Shown: positions 40,676 to 51,819 of the stretch, piece after piece
How the letters are laid out: every line of letters starts with the position of its first letter
Numbering within the stretch: the first letter of the stretch is position 1
Assembly: GCA_964016885.1 (NCBI GenBank)
Contig: OZ024765.1
Span: 16,120,001-16,184,000 of the forward strand
Reading direction: 5' to 3'
From: Eledone cirrhosa
Lineage: Eukaryota
DNA length: 64,000 nucleotides
The notes under the pieces: generated by a model
Database searches by the model: none
The model's input: the letters and a program-made list of their open reading frames with translations, nothing else
What the model was told of the DNA's origin: nothing
Translations under genes and position numbers: made by a program

Positions 40676-41180
40676 CCACCACCACCAACAACAACAACAC
40701 CAGCACCGACAATAACAATAACAAAACCAACACCGACAACAACAACATCACCAACAACAGTATTTCCACAAACACCACCACCAATAACAACAACAACACC
40801 AACACCACCACCGACAACAAGAACATCTCCACCACCACCAACAACAACAACGGCACCAACAACAACAAACCAACACCGCCACCAATAACAACAACAACAA
40901 CAACACCAACACGACCATCGACAAGAACATCACCACCATCAACAACAACAACATCACCACCGACAACAACAACATCACCACCACCAACAACAACAACAAT
41001 AACACCAACACCACCACGAACACACAACAACATCACCAACAACAACAACGATACCACCAACAGTATTTCCACCATCACCACCAGCAATAATAGCAACAAC
41101 AACAACAACACCACCGACAACAACACCATCATCACCAACAACAACAACAATGACAAATAAATACATCACCAACAACAAAA
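40676..41180. repeat. (CAA/CAC)n array
   Basis: Direct reading. Confidence 0.93.
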
Positions 41181-41296
41181 TAACTACATCATTGTATACA
41201 CGCCGGTTTTATTGACAGCTAAATATTACTTCATTTTACCCTGAGGGGTTGTAAGAAAATACACATAACAGCAAAAATATAGTCATTTTATTGTAC

Positions 41297-41391
41297 CTTA
41301 ATTTCCTTGGCCTTGACACAGCCAAGCACAAGAATAGGAAATATTTGATAGAAAATCTCAACCGTTACTGGTAATGGTGGAAATGTCATTT
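41297..41391 (-). CDS. Candidate first coding exon encoding a signal-peptide-like sequence (copies also at 45176-45270 and 46979-47073)
   Basis: tatag|AAATG...AAG|gtacaa; MTFPPLPVTVEIFYQIFPILVLGCVKAKEIK; no downstream exon identified. Confidence 0.28.
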
Positions 41392-41469
41392 CTATAGATT
41401 CGTAATTAAATATGAAAAATTATTGGAATTATCTGTATTCGATGAGAAAGCATCTGGTAAATGACAGTA

Positions 41470-41504
41470 TTGTGTGTGTGTATGTGTATATATGTATATA
41501 TAAC

Positions 41505-41541
<37 letters not shown>

Positions 41542-41786
41542 ATATATGTATGTATATATATAAATGGGGGTGTGTGTGTGTGTGTGTGTATATATGTATG
41601 TATATATATATATATGTGTGTGTGTGTGTATGTATATATATGTATATATATATGTGTGTGTGTATATATGTATGTATATATATGTGTGTGTGTGTGTGTA
41701 TGTATGTATATATATATGTGTGTGTATGTATGTATGTATGTATGTATATATATATATATGTGTGTGTGTGCGTATATATGTATGTT

Positions 41787-41817
<31 letters not shown>

Positions 41818-43177
41818 ATATATGTAGGTATATATATGTGTGTGTATATATGTATGTATATATATATGTGTGTGGGTGTGTGTATATATGTATGTATATA
41901 TATAAATGGGGGTGTGTGTGTGTATATATGTATGTATATATATATATATATGTGTGTGTGTGTCTGTGTATATATATGTATGTATATATATGTGTGTGTG
42001 TGTATATATATATATGTATGTATTTATATGTGTGTGTATATATGTATATATATTTATATGTGTATGTGTGTGTATATATGTATGTATATATATGTGTGTG
42101 TGTGCGTATATATGTATGTATATATATATATATGTGTCTGTGTGTGTATATATGTATCTATATATATCTGTGTGTGTCTGTGTATATATATGTATGTATA
42201 TATATATGTGTGTGTGTGTATGTATGTATATATATGTGTGTGTATATATGTATGTATATATATATATATGTGTGTGTGTGTATGTATGTATGTATATATA
42301 TATATGTGTGTGTGTGCGTATATATGTATGTATATATATATATGTGTGTGTGTGTGTGTATATATGTATGTATATATATATGTGTGTATATATGTATATA
42401 TATATGTGTGTCTGTGTGTGTGTATATATGTATGTATATATATATATGTGTGTGTGCGTATATATGTATGTATATATATATGTGTGTGTGTGTCTGTGTA
42501 TATATATGTATGTATATATATGTGTGTGTGGGTGTATATATGTATATATATATATGTGTGTGTATATATGTATGTATATATATGTGTGTGTGTGTGTGTG
42601 TGTATATATGTTTGTATATATAAATGTGTGTGTGTGTGTGTATATATGTATGTATATATATAAATGTGTGTGTGTGTGTATGTGTATATATATGTATGTA
42701 TATATATGTGTGTGTGTGTGTATATATGTATATATATATATGTGTGTGTATATATGTATGTATATATATATGTGTGTGTGTGTGTATGTATGTATGTATA
42801 TATATATGTGTGTGTGTGCGTATATATGTATGTATATATATATATATATATATAATGTGTGTGTGTGTGTGTATATATGTATGTATATATATGTGTGTGT
42901 ATATATGTATATATATATATATATGTGTCTGTGTGTGTGTATATATGTATGTATATATATATATGTGTGTGTGCGTATATATGTATGTATATATATATGT
43001 GTCTGTGTGTGTGTATATATGTATGTATATATATGTGTGTGTGTGTATATGTATGTATATATATATGTGTGTGTCTGTGTGTTTATATGTGTATGTATAT
43101 ATATGTGTGTGTGTGTATATATATATGTGTGTGTGGGTATGTATATATATGTGTGTCTCTCTGTGTATATATGTATG

Positions 43178-43208
<31 letters not shown>

Positions 43209-43288
43209 GTATGTATATATATATGCTCGTATATGTGTGTGTGTATGTGTATATATATGTATATGTATATGTATATATATATGTATAT
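41470..43288. repeat. (TA)n/(TG)n compound array
   Basis: Direct reading. Confidence 0.95.
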
Positions 43289-43924
43289 ATAATAGAGTAT
43301 ATGTTCCTACACGCACAAGGCGCTTTGGGACACATGTATTGTCCAACAATATACCAATGTAGTTCAATGGCAGGTTAATAAATTAACGAGCCAGAACATA
43401 TATAATGAAAGTTTAGCAAATAAGATAACGTTTCAAAATAAATTTTAAAAAATTAACTTTACTTACTATGGTTACCTTTACCGAATCGGTTTCGAGTCTC
43501 AAAAATAAACGGAGTCCATACGGCATCCGTTGCAAAGATAAACTCTCGTCAGAAGGATCATTTCACTCGGAGAATATAAAATTCCCGAGTTCAAATTACG
43601 AACTGTCGCTATTCAAAATTGTTCCCGAGATGAGAGAAAATGAAGTGGAATCCATTCTTTTAAGTGCCGTGTGTAAAGATAGAAGCAGAGTCAGGGAGGT
43701 CAATCGGCTCCCGCTATAACTAGCAGCAGTCAGAGCGACCAAATTTGTTTCACAACCAAGAGGAGAATAGTAATAATAGAGTATATGTTCCTACAAGCAC
43801 AAAGCGCTAAGGGACACATGTATTGTCCAACCATATGCCAATGTGGTTCAATGGCAGGTTAATAAATGAACGAGCCAGGACATATATAATCAAGATTTAG
43901 CAAATAAGAAAAAGTTTCAAAATA
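43289..43924 (-). mobile_element. Retrozyme-like 1.3-mer: 484-bp monomer with ~150-bp terminal direct repeat and one HHR
   Basis: 43289-43440 repeats at 43773-43924 (offset 484); HHR between the repeats. Confidence 0.78.
43475..43556 (-). ncRNA. Canonical type I HHR motif (family G)
   Basis: CCTT-CTGACGA-GAGTTT...AGACTC-GAAA-CCGATTCGG-TA-AAGG; G10.1-C11.1, true stem III, GUA site. Confidence 0.88.
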
Positions 43925-44261
43925 TAATATAGATCAGTTTTATAAATAAATATTGACATACCCTTAAAGAATGCAACCACTACTGTTGGAAGCTCCAGGA
44001 GCTTCCAACAGTAATGGTTGCATACTTTAAGGGTATGTCAATATTTATTTATAAAACTGTTCTATATTATCTTTTATCTGATGAAAGCACACCATAATTT
44101 AACTTGGTCCCCTTGAAATATGTATAATGAAATAAATATGGTTTTATAAATATAGTTTCCATTTCTTAATATCGTATTTTTACTCCAAATATTTGTTGAG
44201 TGCTTTATATCAGTTATAAAAATATTTGCTTGTTGTATCCCAACAATATAAATAGAAATTT

Positions 44262-44309
<48 letters not shown>

Positions 44310-44536
44310 GGGGCTATATTTAATTTGTTGGGATTCAACAAGCTTTAAAATGTTATAACTGATATAAAGCACTCAACAGTTTAGTGGAATAAATACACAA
44401 TATATTAATAAATGGAAACTATATTTATAAAACCATATTTATTTTATTATACATATTTCAAGGGTAACCAAGGTAAACTATGGGGCGCTTTCATCAGATA
44501 AAATACAGATTTGGTTTATAAATAAATATTGACATA
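43924..44536. mobile_element. Two family A elements tail-to-tail across (TA)n, with a 147-bp hairpin (axis 43997)
   Basis: HHR plus at 44072-44132 and minus at 44440-44505 (TATTTTAT-CTGATGA-AAGCGCCCCATAG...CCCTT-GAAA-TATGTA-TA-ATAAAATA). Confidence 0.83.
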
Positions 44537-44630
44537 TTATATGTATATATATGTATATATATATGTATATATATATGTATATATATATGTATACACATAT
44601 ACTACTATATATATATGTATATACATATAC

Positions 44631-44665
<35 letters not shown>

Positions 44666-44668
44666 TAC

Positions 44669-44723
<55 letters not shown>

Positions 44724-44724
44724 C

Positions 44725-44769
<45 letters not shown>

Positions 44770-44770
44770 C

Positions 44771-44815
<45 letters not shown>

Positions 44816-44850
44816 CTACTATATATATATATATATATATATACATATAC

Positions 44851-44887
<37 letters not shown>

Positions 44888-44888
44888 C

Positions 44889-44925
<37 letters not shown>

Positions 44926-44926
44926 C

Positions 44927-44995
<69 letters not shown>

Positions 44996-45355
44996 TTATG
45001 ATAATAATAATAAAAGGACGTTTTGTTATGTCGTCATTACCTTTATTGGCTGGTAACGTGCGTTTCGCTATGTGTGAGCTCAAGGTTCGATCCGGCCCAA
45101 CTCTGGAATCAAACGCTTGTCAGACCTCTGACAATCTGTAATTACCACAGCAGAGCTCCTACTAGCTTATTGTACCTTAATTTCCTTGGCCTTGACACAG
45201 CCAAGCACAAGAATAGTAAATATTTGATAGAAAATCTCAAACATTACTGGTAATGGTGGAAATATCATTTCTATAGATTCGTAATTAGATATGAAAAATT
45301 ATTGGAATTATCTGTATTCGATGAGAAAGCATCTGGTTAATGACAGTATTGTGTC

Positions 45356-45421
<66 letters not shown>

Positions 45422-45430
45422 ATATATATA

Positions 45431-46216
45431 TGAGAGACGTAAAATAAGAAAATTATGAAATTAACTTACTTACTAAAATTTCACTCTCAACTAATTAGTT
45501 ACTGAAATGGAATAAATATACTTTCCGAAGAAAATATACAGAAGCATTTCGTCGTCAGGGAAGACTATTCTCAGCTAAGTATCCAGGCAAAGCGTGGACT
45601 CTGGAAACTTATACAAAAATAATTCACTGGTTAGAAAATAGCAAAGCGTGGACTGAATTCCTAGCCATTGAGAAAATCACTGCCTCTGCGTCGGTGGCAA
45701 ATTCAAAAAGAATCAATCAAGTGACATCGAGGTCAATCAGTGGAAAGTGGTTTGTTAATAAGACAGCGGCCTGCCTGCCACCATAGCAGCAGTCTTGGCC
45801 AATATTGCTCGACAAATAATTTGGAGATAATTATAAAGAATTAATATCTAGTAACATATATATACATACAGATGCCTATCAATGCTAGCAAATATATAGG
45901 TGTTGTCTTAGTAACTTTGTGGTTCAATGCATGGGGTTGCAGAACAATAATATGAGAGACGTAAAACAAGAAAATTATAAAATTAACTTACTTACTAAAA
46001 TTTCACTCCCAACTAATTAGTTTCTGAAATGGAATAAATATACTTTCCGAAGAAAATATCGCAGAAGCATTTCGTCGTCAGGGAAGACTATTCTCAGCTA
46101 AGTATCCAGGCAAAGCGTGGACTCTGGAAACTTATACAAAAATAATTCAGTGGATAGAAAATAGCAAAGCGTGGACTGAATTTCTAGCCATTGAGAAAAT
46201 CACTTCCTCTGCGTCG
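45431..46216 (-). mobile_element. Retrozyme-like 1.5-mer: 522-bp monomer, 263-bp direct repeats each carrying an HHR (duplicate at ~47214-47999)
   Basis: 45431-45693 repeats at 45953-46216; flanked by (TA)n. Confidence 0.8.
46006..46086 (-). ncRNA. Type I HHR motif (family H); duplicate at 47789-47869; GAAA>GTAA mutant copies at 45484-45563 and 47267-47346
   Basis: CTTCC-CTGACGA-C[GAAATG...C(TTCG)G...CATTTC]A-GAAA-CTAATTAG-TT-GGGAG. Confidence 0.75.
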
Positions 46217-46333
46217 ATATATATATTAATAATAAGATTCTATTCGTTTGCATTTATGCAAATAATCGTCATTTTTAAAGCCATGTCAGTAGAATGATCC
46301 GTTCATTCTTGCTCTTGTGTTGCCATGTAAACA

Positions 46334-46383
46334 GAACTGCACACACTAATGTTTCTAGGTATTACCCTTCATCAGTACAGTTC
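46334..46383 (-). ncRNA. Degenerate type I HHR motif (family I; duplicate at 48117-48166)
   Basis: GAACTGTA-CTGATGA-AGGGTAATACCTA-GAAA-CATTAGTG-TG-TGCAGTTC; 8-bp stem I, but the cleavage triplet is GUG (H=G, normally not cleaved). Confidence 0.6.
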
Positions 46384-46410
46384 ACTAGTCAGAGCTAGTG
46401 AAAATATATG

Positions 46411-46613
<203 letters not shown>

Positions 46614-46634
46614 ATATATATATATATATATATA

Positions 46635-46798
<164 letters not shown>

Positions 46799-47158
46799 TT
46801 ATGATAATAATAATAAAAGGACGTTTTGTTATGTCGTCATTACCTTTATTGGCTGGTAACGTGCGTTTCGCTATGTGTGAGCTCAAGGTCCGATCCGGCC
46901 CAACTCTGGAATCAAACGCTTGTCAGACCTCTGACAATCTGTAATTACCACAGCAGAGCTCCTACTAGCTTATTGTACCTTAATTTCCTTGGCCTTGACA
47001 CAGCCAAGCACAAGAATAGTAAATATTTGATAGAAAATCTCAAACATTACTGGTAATGGTGGAAATATCATTTCTATAGATTCGTAATTAGATATGAAAA
47101 ATTATTGGAATTATCTGTATTCGATGAGAAAGCATCTGGTTAATGACAGTATTGTGTC

Positions 47159-47206
<48 letters not shown>

Positions 47207-48193
47207 ATATATATGAGAGACGTAAAATAAGAAAATTATGAAATTAACTTACTTACTAAAATTTCACTCTCAACTAATTAGTTACTGAAATGGAATAAAT
47301 ATACTTTCCGAAGAAAATATACAGAAGCATTTCGTCGTCAGGGAAGACTATTCTCAGCTAAGTATCCAGGCAAAGCGTGGACTCTGGAAACTTATACAAA
47401 AATAATTCACTGGTTAGAAAATAGCAAAGCGTGGACTGAATTCCTAGCCATTGAGAAAATCACTGCCTCTGCGTCGGTGGCAAATTCAAAAAGAATCAAT
47501 CAAGTGACATCGAGGTCAATCAGTGGAAAGTGGTTTGTTAATAAGACAGCGGCCTGCCTGCCACCATAGCAGCAGTCTTGGCCAATATTGCTCGACAAAT
47601 AATTTGGAGATAATTATAAAGAATTAATATCTAGTAACATATATATACATACAGATGCCTATCAATGCTAGCAAATATATAGGTGTTGTCTTAGTAACTT
47701 TGTGGTTCAATGCATGGGGTTGCAGAACAATAATATGAGAGACGTAAAACAAGAAAATTATAAAATTAACTTACTTACTAAAATTTCACTCCCAACTAAT
47801 TAGTTTCTGAAATGGAATAAATATACTTTCCGAAGAAAATATCGCAGAAGCATTTCGTCGTCAGGGAAGACTATTCTCAGCTAAGTATCCAGGCAAAGCG
47901 TGGACTCTGGAAACTTATACAAAAATAATTCAGTGGATAGAAAATAGCAAAGCGTGGACTGAATTTCTAGCCATTGAGAAAATCACTTCCTCTGCGTCGA
48001 TATATATATTAATAATAAGATTCTATTCGTTTGCATTTATGCAAATAATCGTCATTTTTAAAGCCATGTCAGTAGAATGATCCGTTCATTCTTGCTCTTG
48101 TGTTGCCATGTAAACAGAACTGCACACACTAATGTTTCTAGGTATTACCCTTCATCAGTACAGTTCACTAGTCAGAGCTAGTGAAAATATATG

Positions 48194-48230
<37 letters not shown>

Positions 48231-48398
48231 GAACAAAAGATGCTTAAAAGAGTTCCATGTATTTTATTATGCGCATTTCAAAAACAAATATCATCATGCA
48301 ATAATATTTGTGTTTTCATCAGATAAAACAGGAAGACATGATATGAAGGTTAAAAAACACTTGTGGATAGTGCAGTTTTAAATCACTATGTTGATTTA
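48231..48398 (-). mobile_element. Family B single arm with intact HHR (48261-48329)
   Basis: Homologous to 1081-1255; ends in a short AAATCA/TGATTT fold-back; (TA)n on both sides. Confidence 0.85.
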
Positions 48399-48716
48399 TA
48401 TATATATATATATATATATACAGAATAAGAAATTGCGAAGTAGTTTCAGGTGTTAAAGTCCTTTAATGATAATGCAGTGATATAGATTTCAATGATGGCA
48501 GTGGCCACACGCTTCCATGGACACAGTGCCGCGACATCATCAGGGCGCTTCTTACTTAATAAGGTTATGTTTCCGAGGCAATCCAAATTTTAATCGACAA
48601 GGGAACGGACAAAGCGGGTGTTCCTGAATCCTTCGCCCGTTCCCTATGTGGAAAAATACGTTGAGTGCTTGAATAGAATAGCATCAATGTTTACCTTAAG
48701 TATATAGTATGTATAT

Positions 48717-48936
<220 letters not shown>

Positions 48937-48940
48937 GTAG

Positions 48941-49044
<104 letters not shown>

Positions 49045-49114
49045 TTATTAAAATAACAGATTAAAGTTTAAGCAAAGAATCGGTGTTTATTATTTTTATT
49101 ATTATTTTTATTAC

Positions 49115-49194
<80 letters not shown>

Positions 49195-49734
49195 TGTGTG
49201 TCTAGATGCCACCACATTCTACAGTTTTATCACTCAATCCTACTGTATTTTCCGTTTTAAAGTCCTGTGTATGTGCGTGTGTATGTATGTATGTATGTAT
49301 GTATGTATGTATGTATGTATGTATGTATGTATGTATGTATGTTCTTCTGGTTTTATAATTTATTAAATATTTACCAATAGAGGGAAAGAGAGAGAGCCGG
49401 TTTCTAACCAAGAACAATCGGTGCATGTCGGGTCATTGATGACTAAACCGTCAACCACACCAAGTCGTTTTTTTTTCTGTGGTGCGAGAGGCTCCTAGTC
49501 GTCATTGTGACATCCCTCTTGGAGAGATATATTATTGATATAAAACTTGCGATTTCCTTTGAATTCAATGATGTAGACCACAGGTTCTCAACCCATTTAG
49601 GCCAAACGCCCCCTTTTGTCCCTCGAAATCACGAAACGCCGACCCCCCCGCCACCCTATTTTTTCACATTTTCAAAATACTACTGATTTGTATATCAGTA
49701 GATTACTAAAAAATTGATTAACAATATTCCAAAC

Positions 49735-49860
49735 GTGTGTATTATCTGATTATGTGTTGTATGTGGTCCTAGATGTGTGTATTATCTGATTATGTGTTGT
49801 ATGTGGTCCTAGATGTGTGTATTATCTGATTATGTTTTGTATGTGGTCCTAGATGTGTGT
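49735..49860. repeat. 40-bp tandem repeat x3 inside the hAT element
   Basis: GTGTGTATTATCTGATTATGTGTTGTATGTGGTCCTAGAT. Confidence 0.95.
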
Positions 49861-50059
49861 TCTACTCGCTTCTGTTTTTTTTCTTTTCTTTTTTTTATTT
49901 GTAATATTATTTATACAATAGGGATTAAAATAGATCTACATAGTGTTAACTCGTTACGGTTGAGTCAATAATTTCAGACATGAAATACATTGTTATCAGT
50001 GAAGGAAAGATAAGATTCTAACTCTCTGCGCTCAAAGTGTCTTTGACTCAGTTGACTGT

Positions 50060-50260
50060 GGGTTTTTCCATTTTTAGGATCTCAATTACCGGTTAACGTC
50101 TCAATTGCCGGACATGCCTGCGCACCTGCTCACAGCTGCGGTCAGACTATAGTTATGCTGTCTGCAAGCTCATTCAAACCGAAGCTGTGAGCAGCTGTGC
50201 AGGCATGTCCGGTAATTGAGACGTTAACCGGTAATTGAGATCCTAAAAATGGAAAAATCC
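50060..50260. mobile_element. ~200-bp fold-back MITE-like element nested in the hAT element
   Basis: ~80-bp inverted arms GGGTTTTTCCATTTTTAGGATCTCAATTACCGGTTAACGTCTCAATT...; no TSD seen. Confidence 0.75.
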
Positions 50261-51416
50261 AGCGCCCCTTAACCCCTCCCCCAGCTCCAAACGCCCCCCC
50301 CCCCCTAACGCGACCGTGCTCCCCCCCCCCCCCCCCCCGGAGTTCTGAAACGCCCCCCGTTGAGAATCTTTGATGTAGACCATTACCTCTTTTTGGGAAA
50401 ATGCATTCGATGTTTAGAGAGTGGGATTGGCCCCGTGCAAAGCATTTCCTCGCTTAAAAAAGCTTCAATAACATGCATCGTTTGATATGTGACATTTTTT
50501 TGTGATGTATGGCATTGCTGGCCATACGCAAGACCCTAGCAGGATAAAAAGCCACGCCCGTGATGCTCATGCTTACGTATCAAGCAATGGCGTTACTGGA
50601 AATCGAGTTGCAGCCATCACGTATGTATGTATGTATGTATGTATGTATGTATGTATGTATGTATGTATGTATGTATGTATGTATGTATGTATGTATGTAT
50701 GTATGTATAAACGTATGCTTATTTCGGTGTGTCACTCATTTTATTTGCTTGTACGTACGAATACAACCTTTTATGTTCTATAGCTTAGCATTTCCAAGAA
50801 ACAAAAACATTTTAAACTTCAACGTACGAAGGAGAAACCAGAGCGAAAATATTTACTAGTTCAAGGGCTGCAAGCAGAAAAATAGAAATAAAGACATACA
50901 TAAAACGTCCCCTAACCCAGAGACATTAATAGAACAAAGGATTGCTACAGCTTATGTTAAGATTTTGCATTTATAAGATTGCTTCATTTTAGGGTTTTTT
51001 TCTTTCATTTTTTTTCCTTCGTTCTTTTGAGGCTCTGAGACGAAATTGCCGAGTATATCCGGAATTTGGTCTTTTCGTTGTATGTGAGGAGAATAAAGGA
51101 ATACATATTCTTATAGTGAATGTCTACATATATTTGTTAAACCAATGCAAGAAGAATTCTCTGGAGGAAATGGCAAAAAGATGACAAGATTATCTTTGCA
51201 CCGACATGGTTTTATTTTTCCTCTTTGCCAACGTTTTTGCTGGAAGTACAAATGTAGAAAGTAGCAGATAACAGCTACGCACCCTTAAGCATATAGTCAG
51301 AATAATTGAGACGGCAGAGATCAAAGGTTGCAGGGATATTTCTTGGAACAAACATGGAGGCGATGCGTTGAGAATTAAAGTGAGATACACACATATGGAA
51401 TGTAGAGACACTAAGA

Positions 51417-51464
<48 letters not shown>

Positions 51465-51573
51465 TATATATATGTGTGAGTGTGTGTGTGTTTGTACGTA
51501 TATATGTATATATATGCATCTGTATATAAACAGATGTAGACAATGTGAGAATTATACATATGTATGTGAATGA

Positions 51574-51605
<32 letters not shown>

Positions 51606-51819
51606 ATATATATATGTGTGTGTGTATATATATATGTGTGTGTGTGTGTATATATATATGTGTGTGTGTGTATATATATATATGTATATGTATATATGTA
51701 TATATATGTATATATATATATATAGGTGTGTGTGTGGAGACGTTTATAGTAAACACGAAGACTTGTATGTGTTATAGAAAAAAAAATATATATATAAACA
51801 TTGCAGATAGAAAACCCGA

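Larger units (their letters stand above)
49579..50372. mobile_element. Non-autonomous hAT (Charlie-like) DNA transposon, 794 bp
   Basis: TIRs CACAGGTTCTCAAC / GTTGAGAATCTTTG (12/14) and perfect 8-bp TSD ATGTAGAC at 49571-49578 and 50373-50380. Confidence 0.88.

Noticed and set aside
45045-45105. tRNA gene (GGTTCGATCC B box)
   Set aside because: No cloverleaf or acceptor stem can be built; probably a decayed SINE head. The same applies to the SINE heads elsewhere.
50550-50860. (TATG)n-containing segment ending ACTAGT as a Helitron/Helentron derivative
   Set aside because: No clear subterminal hairpin or matching 5' end.
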